A model generated the notes under the pieces. It was not told the origin of the DNA, did not search any database, and worked only from the letters and a program-made list of their open reading frames with translations. This document shows, in pieces, positions 17,633-25,488 of a stretch of 41,577 nucleotides of DNA; positions within the stretch are counted from its first letter, which is position 1; each line of letters starts with the position of its first letter. This stretch comes from Desulfobacterales bacterium (GTDB lineage Bacteria > Desulfobacterota > Desulfobacteria > Desulfobacterales > UBA11574): NCBI GenBank assembly GCA_024641825.1, contig JAHECI010000003.1, positions 1-41,577 of the forward strand, in the 5' to 3' direction. The translations under genes and the position numbers were made by a program.

Positions 17633-18799
17633 ATGCGGAAAATAGCTATCTGTGGGGCAGGCATGACTCCCTTTGGGAAATTTCCTCATGCCAGTATCAA
17701 AGAAATAGGGCGTCAGGCGGTTTGGAAAGCACTTTTAGATACCCGTCTCAAGCCGTCGGACATCCAGAAAGTATACTGCGGAAATGCGCTGTCAGGGGCG
17801 ATAACCGGTCAGGAAATGATTCTGGGCCATGTTATCATGAGGGCCGCGGGGTTGACCGGAATTCCGATATTGACCATTGAGAACGCCTGCTCGAGCGGTT
17901 CATCGGCATTTACCGAGGCGTGCATGGCGGTGGCCGGTGGGTTTTACGACCGGGTCCTTGTCTTGGGTGTTGAAAAACTTACCGGGAGCAACACCGCCCA
18001 TGTCGTCAAGGCCATGTCCAGCGCAACGGACGTGGAACTGGAGGCTGGATACGGGTTGATTTTCCCAAGTGCATTTGCCCTGCTGGCCCGCAAACATATG
18101 GAAGTTTACGGGAGTACCAGCAGGGACCTGGCCGCCATTTCGGTGAAGAATCACAACAACGGCGCGCTCAACCCCAACGCGCAACACAAGGACAAGTACA
18201 GTATCGACGATATCTTAAATTCCCGAATGATCGCGGATCCCTTGCGGCTGTTGGACTGCTGCCCGATCAGTGACGGGGCGGCGGCCGTCATTATCTGCCC
18301 GGCGGATCAGGCCAAAAAATATACCGACCAGCCGGTGTATGTCGCCGCCAGCGTGATGACGACGGGTCAATACTTGCAAACCAATGACCTCTGCAGCTTT
18401 CCCGTAAACCAACGGGCCGCCCAACAGGCTTACGAAATGGCGGGAATCGGCCCGGAGGATGTCGATCTGGCAGAGGTTCACGATTGTTTTACCGTCGCAG
18501 AACTCCTTCATTATGAAGATCTCGGGTTCTGTGCAAAGGGAGAAGGGCCGAAGCTTGTGCGCGAGGGAGCAACCGAGCTGGGAGGCCGTATTCCCGTAAA
18601 TGTTAGTGGAGGATTATTGGCCAAAGGACACCCTGTCGGTGCCACCGGGGTCGCCCAGTTGGTGGAAATCACCAGTCACCTGCGCGCCAATGCCGGGGAG
18701 CGGCAAGTCCATGGGGCCAAGGTCGGTTTGACCCTGTGTAACGGCGGGTTTATGCAGGGAGAACCCTGTGTTGCGACCGTAAATATCCTCAAGCGTTAA
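17633..18799 (+). CDS. Thiolase-like protein (SCP-x / non-specific lipid-transfer-type thiolase family)
   Basis: 388-aa ORF with ENACSSGSSAF (nucleophile Cys), HDCFT, GHPVGATG and CNGGG. Confidence 0.85.
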   Translation: MRKIAICGAGMTPFGKFPHASIKEIGRQAVWKALLDTRLKPSDIQKVYCGNALSGAITGQEMILGHVIMRAAGLTGIPILTIENACSSGSSAFTEACMAVAGGFYDRVLVLGVEKLTGSNTAHVVKAMSSATDVELEAGYGLIFPSAFALLARKHMEVYGSTSRDLAAISVKNHNNGALNPNAQHKDKYSIDDILNSRMIADPLRLLDCCPISDGAAAVIICPADQAKKYTDQPVYVAASVMTTGQYLQTNDLCSFPVNQRAAQQAYEMAGIGPEDVDLAEVHDCFTVAELLHYEDLGFCAKGEGPKLVREGATELGGRIPVNVSGGLLAKGHPVGATGVAQLVEITSHLRANAGERQVHGAKVGLTLCNGGFMQGEPCVATVNILKR

Positions 18800-18824
18800 A
18801 TTAATTATTTTATAGGAGGAAGAA

Positions 18825-20249
18825 ATGATAGATGAAAAATTAAAAAGCGAACTGGAAACAATTCTTGGCAAAGGACACGTTTCCCTTTCAAAAATGGATC
18901 TGGAGGCCTATGCCTTTGTTCAGGGCACTGGAGCTGACATCATCGGGCATAAGCTTGCGGATGTCGTGGTTTTACCCGCCAACGCCTTGGAAGTGTCTGA
19001 AGTGGTGAAACTGGCCAACCGATATAAATTACCGGTGGTTCCCCAAGGTGCCAGAACCAACAGTTGCGGAATGAATGTGGCCCACAAGGGCGGCATTGTC
19101 ATGGACATGTCTCGACTGAACCAGGAGATGTCCATCGACGAAGACAACATGGTCGTGGTTGCCGATGCCGGATGTTCGGTTTACTGGGTGATGCGCGAGC
19201 TCGACAAGAAAGGCTTGCGGTTTCCGTTCATGCCGCTGTATACGCCCGGGCCCCAGATCGGTTCGGCGGTGGCCTGCAACGTCACCGGTAATTATATGAC
19301 CCGCTACGGTTCCATGGGAGACAACATCGTTGGCCTGGAAGTCGTGATGCCCACCGGGGAGATCATTACCTTTGGTCCCGGTGCAATGGATACCGGCTGG
19401 GGCCACTACCAGAGATATGTGGGCGGCCCGGACCTTATCGGATTGTTCGTAAATGCATCCGGAGCCATGGGTATCGTAACCAAAGTCGCCGTCCGGATCA
19501 AGCCCAAGGTCGAACACGAAAAAATTCTGTGTTACGGCTGGAAGCGGGAACATGCCAAAGAACTGACCGAAGCCATGTACGGGATGCAGCGACGGTTTGT
19601 CTATGACTTTTTCCTGATCAACAAGTGGAACTATCATTCGGCCGAAGTACAGGGCAAGATTGCGCTGCCGGATGACGTGCATTTTATCGCCATGGTCAGC
19701 GTGGACGGTGCCAGTGAAATTGAGTTGAATCTGGAAGTAGAGCGTATCGTGAAGATCGCCGAAGACAACAAAGCCATCGACCTGGCCGACCTGGGCATCC
19801 TGACCATGGGCGCACCGCATTATCGGATATGGCTGAGCGTTTCCAAGTGGATGCAGCGTATCGAAGCCACCTATTTCTGGTGTCCGGTCAAAAAATTTCC
19901 GGAGATCTATGACATATGGGAAGACGTAACGCGCAAATACAATTTTTGGGACGGCGAACATTGCCCGGCCTGGTTTTCTTTCCACGGCCGCAACACCTGC
20001 AACCCGTATCCCATGCTGGCCAAGGCCAATCCCACCGATCCCCATGAGCTGGAACAGATGAAACTGTGGTGGGACGAGCTCAACATCAAACTTTGTGCGG
20101 CCGGATGCGTTCAGTACAATCTCGGCGACGCTTTCCCTGATCAGAATTACGAGGTCCTGGGGGAACAATGGAACCTGACCAGGAAGATAAAGAAGTTCCT
20201 CGATCCCAATATGATTATGAATCCATCAAGGACATACGGAGGCTTATAA
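18825..20249 (+). CDS. FAD-binding (PCMH-type) oxidoreductase, GlcD/D-lactate dehydrogenase family
   Basis: 474-aa ORF with the pattern VVLPANALEVSEVVKLANRYKLPVVPQGARTNSCG of FAD_binding_4 domains. An RBS (aggagg) precedes it. Confidence 0.8.
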   Translation: MIDEKLKSELETILGKGHVSLSKMDLEAYAFVQGTGADIIGHKLADVVVLPANALEVSEVVKLANRYKLPVVPQGARTNSCGMNVAHKGGIVMDMSRLNQEMSIDEDNMVVVADAGCSVYWVMRELDKKGLRFPFMPLYTPGPQIGSAVACNVTGNYMTRYGSMGDNIVGLEVVMPTGEIITFGPGAMDTGWGHYQRYVGGPDLIGLFVNASGAMGIVTKVAVRIKPKVEHEKILCYGWKREHAKELTEAMYGMQRRFVYDFFLINKWNYHSAEVQGKIALPDDVHFIAMVSVDGASEIELNLEVERIVKIAEDNKAIDLADLGILTMGAPHYRIWLSVSKWMQRIEATYFWCPVKKFPEIYDIWEDVTRKYNFWDGEHCPAWFSFHGRNTCNPYPMLAKANPTDPHELEQMKLWWDELNIKLCAAGCVQYNLGDAFPDQNYEVLGEQWNLTRKIKKFLDPNMIMNPSRTYGGL

Positions 20250-21439
20250 TGGATATAAACGCAGTTAAAGACCGAACCCATCGTTGTGTAGGCTGCTCCC
20301 AATGTTTTGGAACCGGCCCCTATTTGCCATTTGCCGACGGTGAACAGACGGTTTCAACCTGGAAGTGCCCGACGTTGGAGTACTATAAGTTTTTTACCAA
20401 TACGGCGCGGGCCAAGGCATTTTTTGCCAGAGAGCTGGTGCATGGAAAACTGGAAATCAATGAAGAACTGGAAAAAATATTTTTTTCCTGTCCGGATTGC
20501 GGATGTTGCGAACTGCTCTGCCCGCCGATTCCGCATATGTTCATCAGCCGGGCCATGAAAGCGGCCTTGTTTCAAAAAGGCCTGATACCCGAAGAATGTG
20601 TCGCCTTGAACGACAACATGCGGGAGAAGAAGAACCTTTTCGGGATTAAGAACGACAATCGGGCCAACTGGGCCAAAGATCTGGATTTGCCCAAGCAAGG
20701 CAAAGTGGTCTATTTTGCCGGATGCTACGGATCTTTCCGGCAGGTGAAGACCGCTTGGGCAACGGTGGCGCTGCTGCGAAAAGGCGGTATCAATCCGGCC
20801 TATTTGGCCGAAGAGGAGCAATGCTGCGGCCTGCATGCCGGTTTTTCGGGAGACATCGAGCTTGAACGGCGTCTGGCCCGGCATAATGTGGAGGCCCTAA
20901 AACGCGCCGGGGCCGAAACCGTGGTTTTTTCCTGTGCCAACTGTTATCGAACATTTTTTACGGATTACAAGGCACTGACCGGAGAAGAACTTCCTTTCAA
21001 GGTGGTCACCGCCGTTGAAATGGTAACTGAATTGATCGCCGCAGGGAAGATCGTATTCAAAAACGGGGAAAACGTTCGCACGACCCTTCACGATCCCTGT
21101 CACTTCGGCAAGCAACACATCGGCCATCGCCGCAACCTTTACGACGAGACCCGACAGATTATCAACAGTCTGCCCAACGTCGAGTTTGCGGAAATGGAAT
21201 ACAACCGACGCTGGTCGGCGTGTTGCGGCGGCGGCAATGATGTGACTTCCTCGGTCACACCGGAATTCACCGATTACCATTCCAGTAAGCGCTGCCGGGA
21301 AGCCCAGGGTGTGGCCGACGTATTGTTGACCCCCTGCGTGCGTTGCGTGAAAAACTTATCTGCGGCCGCTAAAAAACATGACATCGGTGTGGAGGTTAAA
21401 AGCCTGCTGGAGTTTGCGGCCGAAAGGCTTGAAAAGTAA
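20249..21439 (+). CDS. Fe-S protein with two 4Fe-4S motifs and two CCG domains (HdrD/GlcF-like)
   Basis: ATG 20249 overlaps the TAA of the FAD-oxidase gene (taatg). Motifs are CVGCSQC...CP, CPDCGCCELLCP, then FAGCYG...CCG...HDPCH...CCGGG. Confidence 0.8.
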   Translation: MDINAVKDRTHRCVGCSQCFGTGPYLPFADGEQTVSTWKCPTLEYYKFFTNTARAKAFFARELVHGKLEINEELEKIFFSCPDCGCCELLCPPIPHMFISRAMKAALFQKGLIPEECVALNDNMREKKNLFGIKNDNRANWAKDLDLPKQGKVVYFAGCYGSFRQVKTAWATVALLRKGGINPAYLAEEEQCCGLHAGFSGDIELERRLARHNVEALKRAGAETVVFSCANCYRTFFTDYKALTGEELPFKVVTAVEMVTELIAAGKIVFKNGENVRTTLHDPCHFGKQHIGHRRNLYDETRQIINSLPNVEFAEMEYNRRWSACCGGGNDVTSSVTPEFTDYHSSKRCREAQGVADVLLTPCVRCVKNLSAAAKKHDIGVEVKSLLEFAAERLEK

Positions 21440-21486
21440 CGAACAATACGCTAACCATTGGTTCATGGTTGCCAAGAACTGAAAAA

Positions 21487-21527
21487 AGCCCTGCCCGAAC
21501 ATTTATTGACATGTTCGGGTAAGGGCT
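21487..21527 (+). terminator. Stem-loop after the Fe-S gene (weak intrinsic terminator or attenuator)
   Basis: agccct-g-cccgaacat-ttattgac-atgttcggg-ta-agggct, followed by ttggttgggtcttggtttttt. The U-tract is interrupted. Confidence 0.4.
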
Positions 21528-21571
21528 TTGGTTGGGTCTTGGTTTTTTCTTAGCAAAAAAGGAGATGACGT

Positions 21572-23023
21572 ATGGGTATGATGACAGCCGAGCAATATGA
21601 AGAGAGCCTGAGGCGTTTGAACCTGAAAGTCTATATGTTTGGCGAGCGCCTGGAAAACGTGGTCGATCATCCGATTATTCGACCGTCTATGAACGCGGTT
21701 GCCAAGACGTACGAACTGGCACACCAGCCCGAATATGAAGATCTGATGACCGCCCGTTCTCATCTTTCGGGCCGCAAGATCAATCGATTCACCCACATTC
21801 ATCAGAGCCCGGAGGATTTGGTCAAAAAGAGCAAAATGGGCCGGCTCCTCGGGCGTGAGACCGGTTGTTGCTTCCAGCGGTGTGTCGGCATGGACGCTCT
21901 AAACGCGCTCTCCATCGTGACGTTTGATATCGATGCCAAATACGGAACCTCCTATAACCGGCGTTTTTTAAAATACCTCGAATTTGTTCAGGAAAAAGAT
22001 TTCACCTGTGACGGCGCCATGACCGACCCCAAAGGTGACCGAAGCCTGCCGCCGCATCAGCAAACGGATCCTGATCTTTACCTCCACGTGGTGGCGGAGA
22101 ACTCCGACGGGATTGTGGTCAGGGGTGCCAAGGCACATCAGACCGGTGCGGTCAATTCCCATGAAATCATCGTGATGCCGACCCTCGCCCTGAGAAAAGA
22201 GGACGAGGATTACGCGGTTTCCTTTGCGTTGCCCAGCGATGCCCAGGGGATTGTGTACATCGTCGGCCGCCAGCCCGGGGACACCCGCAGAATGGAAGGG
22301 GGGGACATCGACCAGGGGAATTCCTTTTTCGGCGGGCATGAGGCCCTGGTGGTATTTGACGACGTTTTCGTGCCCTGGGATCGGGTCTTTATGTACAAGG
22401 AATACGACTTTGCCGGCCAGCTGGTGGAAACTTTCGCCGCTTACCACCGGCAGAGTTATGCCTGCAAAGTCGGCGTGGGCGACGTCCTCATCGGGGCGGC
22501 CCAGACCATCGCCGAATTCAACCGGGTGGAAAGGGCTTCGCACATCAAAGATAAAATCGTTGAGATGAATCATTTAAACGAGACCCTCTTTTGCGGCTGC
22601 CTTGCCTGTGCATCGGAAGGTCGCCAGGAACCCAGCGGGACCTATCTGGTCGATACGCTCCTCGCCAACGTTCATAAGCACAATGTCACGCGGTTTCCTT
22701 ACGAGATCGCAAGGCTGGTCCAGGACATCGCCGGCGGGCTGATGGTGACCCTGGCGAGTGAAAAAGACTTTAAATCCGAAACCCCCGGAAAATGGCTCAA
22801 AAAATATTTAAAGGCCAACCCCCAGGTCGATACCGAACACCGCATTCGCATCCTACGGCTGATCGAAAACCTGACCCTGGGTAACGCGGCCGTGGGCTAT
22901 CTGACCGAATCCATGCACGGTGCCGGATCTCCCCAGGCCCAGCGCATCATGATAGCGCGCAAGGTCAACATGCCCGAAAAACAGAAGGCCGCCAGAAAAC
23001 TCTGCGGCATTGACCCAAAATAG
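21572..23023 (+). CDS. 4-hydroxybutyryl-CoA dehydratase/vinylacetyl-CoA isomerase (AbfD)-like enzyme of the HpaB superfamily
   Basis: 483-aa ORF. The N-terminus MTAEQYEESLRRLNLKVYMFGERLENVVDHPIIRPSMNAV and the Cys pair in GCCFQRCVGMDA resemble the [4Fe-4S] ligand region of AbfD. An RBS (aaggag) precedes it. Confidence 0.75.
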   Translation: MGMMTAEQYEESLRRLNLKVYMFGERLENVVDHPIIRPSMNAVAKTYELAHQPEYEDLMTARSHLSGRKINRFTHIHQSPEDLVKKSKMGRLLGRETGCCFQRCVGMDALNALSIVTFDIDAKYGTSYNRRFLKYLEFVQEKDFTCDGAMTDPKGDRSLPPHQQTDPDLYLHVVAENSDGIVVRGAKAHQTGAVNSHEIIVMPTLALRKEDEDYAVSFALPSDAQGIVYIVGRQPGDTRRMEGGDIDQGNSFFGGHEALVVFDDVFVPWDRVFMYKEYDFAGQLVETFAAYHRQSYACKVGVGDVLIGAAQTIAEFNRVERASHIKDKIVEMNHLNETLFCGCLACASEGRQEPSGTYLVDTLLANVHKHNVTRFPYEIARLVQDIAGGLMVTLASEKDFKSETPGKWLKKYLKANPQVDTEHRIRILRLIENLTLGNAAVGYLTESMHGAGSPQAQRIMIARKVNMPEKQKAARKLCGIDPK

Positions 23024-23284
23024 GTTTTAACCGTACAGTATTCTGAACTCTTGATCGGGGATTGTTAGCCTCCCAAGATAATTTTTAAAAAAACCGGTTC
23101 CAAAATATAAATCCGTTTCACAACCAACGGAAGTTGTTTTAAAAGGGCTTAATGGGCGATGTCCATCCGGTACTTTTTGCTGTTTTCTTGACAGTCCTGG
23201 AACGGTATGATAGAAAATATCATTGGTTGGAGAAATGTTGATTGATTTATTCAATACCATTAAACCAATTTTCAGGGGGGCATT

Positions 23285-23617
23285 ATGGACAAAAAAGATC
23301 TGAAAAAATTGCTTGCTTCTTTGGGCGTTGCCGGCTTGATCAGCATGGGCGGTATTACGCTTCCCGGAGCCCACGCGGGTAGCGGGTGAGGCGCCAAACC
23401 CAGTGCAGGTGGCACTGAAAAACAAGTCAAGCCTCCGGCCGGAAGTGGCTGAGGCGGTTCCAAAGGTGGCGCAGTTAGCGCTGAAGAGCAACAAAAGATG
23501 GAACAAATGAAGACCGAAGAGCAATCTGCAGAGGAAAAAGCCAAGAAGGCCGCAGAGGAAGAGGCAGAGAAGGTCAAGAAAAAAACCGGAAAAAGCGGCT
23601 GAAGTGGCAACAAATGA
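23285..23617 (+). CDS. Candidate selenocysteine-containing precursor peptide (110 codons; three in-frame UGA at 23387, 23450 and 23600)
   Basis: The single frame from ATG 23285 has no TAA or TAG before the terminal TGA at 23615-23617. The only three internal stops are TGA, in the contexts G-S-G-TGA-G, G-S-G-TGA-G and K-S-G-TGA-S. The N-terminus is signal/leader-like (MDKKDLKKLLASLGVAGLISMGGITLPGAHA). The gene lies directly upstream of a radical SAM/SPASM gene. Confidence 0.6.
23393..23417 (+). other. SECIS-like hairpin candidate downstream of UGA-1
   Basis: Either cagtg-caggtgg-cactg (23401-23417) or the alternative gcca-aa-cc-cagtgca-gg-tggc (23393-23413). A loop G/U lies ~16-22 nt after the UGA. 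This was folded by eye only. Confidence 0.35.
23467..23483 (+). other. SECIS-like hairpin candidate downstream of UGA-2
   Basis: (tg)gcgc-aguua-gcgc(tg); the loop G is ~24 nt after the UGA. Confidence 0.35.
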
Positions 23618-23634
23618 TCATGCAGGGTGCATGA
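23618..23634 (+). other. Perfect 7-bp hairpin tcatgca-ggg-tgcatga downstream of UGA-3 (SECIS-like)
   Basis: It starts 18 nt after the U of TGA 23600 and has a G-only loop. It also directly follows the terminal TGA at 23615-23617. Confidence 0.4.
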
Positions 23635-23661
23635 CGGAAATTATTGACGATCGGAAACCAA

Positions 23662-23700
23662 CAAGGGCCGGCAGCTTCGGATTGCCGGCCCTTGGCATTT
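23662..23700 (+). terminator. Intrinsic terminator/attenuator between the precursor peptide and the radical SAM gene
   Basis: 12-bp stem caagggccggca-gcttcggat-tgccggcccttg, followed by gcatttta. Confidence 0.5.
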
Positions 23701-23737
23701 TATATCGTTCAAACGGATTGAGGTCGGGGGAGTTTAC

Positions 23738-25321
23738 ATGTCCACGCATCGTTTCGAAACAGACTTTCGAAAGCGTTATCCAGTTTGTTTTGAACTCTTA
23801 CCGGATCTTGAAAAATATTTAGAAGGGGATGCGGCATTGTCCGAAGTTCTGGATCGGGATCCCGAAAGGTGCCGGCGTTATCCCTTTATCTTCGATCTGG
23901 CAAGAATCGAAGAATCAAGACATCGTCTCCTGAACTCTCCACCATCCCTGCCGAAAATGGTGACCCATCGCATGGTCAACCCGGCCCTTGAACTGCTGCC
24001 GGTGAGTTGGCAGCACCTGCCGGAATTGTTGTCCAATCCCGCCACAGTCCCGGAATCCGGCGACGGATATGTCCTCGTGTTGATTAGACCCGGAAAAAAG
24101 GGGGTCGAAGTTCGCAACGCCGAAGCCAGGGACCTTTTGGCGCTCAAGATTGTGGCTGAGGAGATCGACTCCCGAAAGGCCGCTTCCGAAGGCAATGTTA
24201 CGGTAGGGGCCATCGACAACGTTCTTTTTCGGGCTGAACAGCTCGGCCTGATCCTGACACCACCACCGGGCATCCGGCGTCCCCCAGAATTCCCGAAAGG
24301 TGAGATGGACGATCCTGTTTTTTTTTCGTCCTCGACCTTTACATTACAGTGGCACATTACCCAGACCTGCGACTTGGACTGCCGCCACTGTTACGATCGC
24401 AGCGATCGCGAAGCCATGACCCTCGAACAGGCACTGGGGGTGCTCGACGACCTTTATGATTTTTGCCGGGGATACCATGTGTTCGGTCAGGTATCCTTTT
24501 CCGGGGGTAATCCCATGCTTTACCCTCACTTTGATCGCTTATACAGCGAAGCGGTCGATCGGGGTTTTATGACGGCCGTTCTTGGTAATCCCATGCCCCG
24601 AAACCGTATCGAACGCATGCTTGCGGTACAAAAACCGGAGTTCTACCAGGTCAGCCTTGAGGGGCTGAAAGCGCATAACGATTTTATAAGAGGCCGCGGC
24701 CACTATGACCGGGTGCTGGATTTTTTAAAGCTATTGGGCGAGCTGGGAGTTTATCGGATGGTGATGCTCACCCTTACCCGGGACAACATGGACCAGGTCC
24801 TAAAGCTGGCGGATCGGCTCAAAGGTCTTACGGATTTGTTCACCTTCAACCGACTGGCGTCGGTGGGCCGGGGGGCTGAACTGTCGGCCGTACCTATTGA
24901 AAGGTTCCCCGATTTGTTAGCCCGGTATATGGATGCTGCTGAAACGAACCCCTGTATGGGATTTAAAGACAACTTGTTTAATCTCTTGCGGTGGCAGCGG
25001 GGGCTTCCCCTTGGCGGCGGCTGTGCAGGTCACGGCTGCGGGGCGGCCTTCAACTTCGTCGCCCTCCTGCCCGACGGCGAAGTACATGCATGCCGAAAAA
25101 TGCCCTCCCTGATCGGCAACATTTATCGGGAGCGCCTGAATGACATCTATCACGGAACCTCTGCCAGCCGCTACCGGGATGGATCGACGTCGTGCAGTGC
25201 CTGCCCTGTTCGTCCGGTTTGCGGGGGTTGTCCGGCGGTCAGTTATGGCTTTGGCCGCGATATCTTCAATGAGCTCGATCCCTATTGTTTCCGAAACCAA
25301 ACGGGAAACACATCCGCTTAA
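23738..25321 (+). CDS. Radical SAM/SPASM-domain peptide-modifying enzyme with a ~195-aa N-terminal extension
   Basis: The CxxxCxxC motif is CDLDCRHC (Cys211/215/218). The C-terminal auxiliary-cluster motifs are GGGCAGHGCGAAF...DGEVHAC and CSACPVRPVCGGC...DPYC. Confidence 0.9.
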   Translation: MSTHRFETDFRKRYPVCFELLPDLEKYLEGDAALSEVLDRDPERCRRYPFIFDLARIEESRHRLLNSPPSLPKMVTHRMVNPALELLPVSWQHLPELLSNPATVPESGDGYVLVLIRPGKKGVEVRNAEARDLLALKIVAEEIDSRKAASEGNVTVGAIDNVLFRAEQLGLILTPPPGIRRPPEFPKGEMDDPVFFSSSTFTLQWHITQTCDLDCRHCYDRSDREAMTLEQALGVLDDLYDFCRGYHVFGQVSFSGGNPMLYPHFDRLYSEAVDRGFMTAVLGNPMPRNRIERMLAVQKPEFYQVSLEGLKAHNDFIRGRGHYDRVLDFLKLLGELGVYRMVMLTLTRDNMDQVLKLADRLKGLTDLFTFNRLASVGRGAELSAVPIERFPDLLARYMDAAETNPCMGFKDNLFNLLRWQRGLPLGGGCAGHGCGAAFNFVALLPDGEVHACRKMPSLIGNIYRERLNDIYHGTSASRYRDGSTSCSACPVRPVCGGCPAVSYGFGRDIFNELDPYCFRNQTGNTSA

Positions 25322-25488
25322 AAACGGAAGCGCGGGACTCCTGCCCCAGGGGCCACCTCATCTCACGCCCATAAAAGGTTATAACGCATCGATATAAATG
25401 TAAGGGGTGACGACGGACGAATATGATCTGTCAACTGTCAAAAAAAGTACTGCGCCTTTCCGAGATATGGTTTAAAAAATCAGACCAC

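Noticed and set aside
19029-20168. 379-aa minus-strand ORF
   Set aside because: It is antisense to the FAD-binding oxidase gene, which has clear family motifs. This is a shadow ORF.
23188-23216. Sigma-70-like promoter (TTGACA-N17-TAGAAA) upstream of the selenopeptide gene
   Set aside because: The -35 is perfect but the -10 is poor. I do not list it as a feature, though it is worth testing by TSS mapping.
23027-23613. Two overlapping minus-strand ORFs (165 aa and 113 aa)
   Set aside because: They are open only because the + strand here is GAA/GAG/AAG-rich. Their translations are Leu/Phe/Ser low-complexity with no RBS. The + strand three-UGA frame next to the rSAM gene explains the region better.
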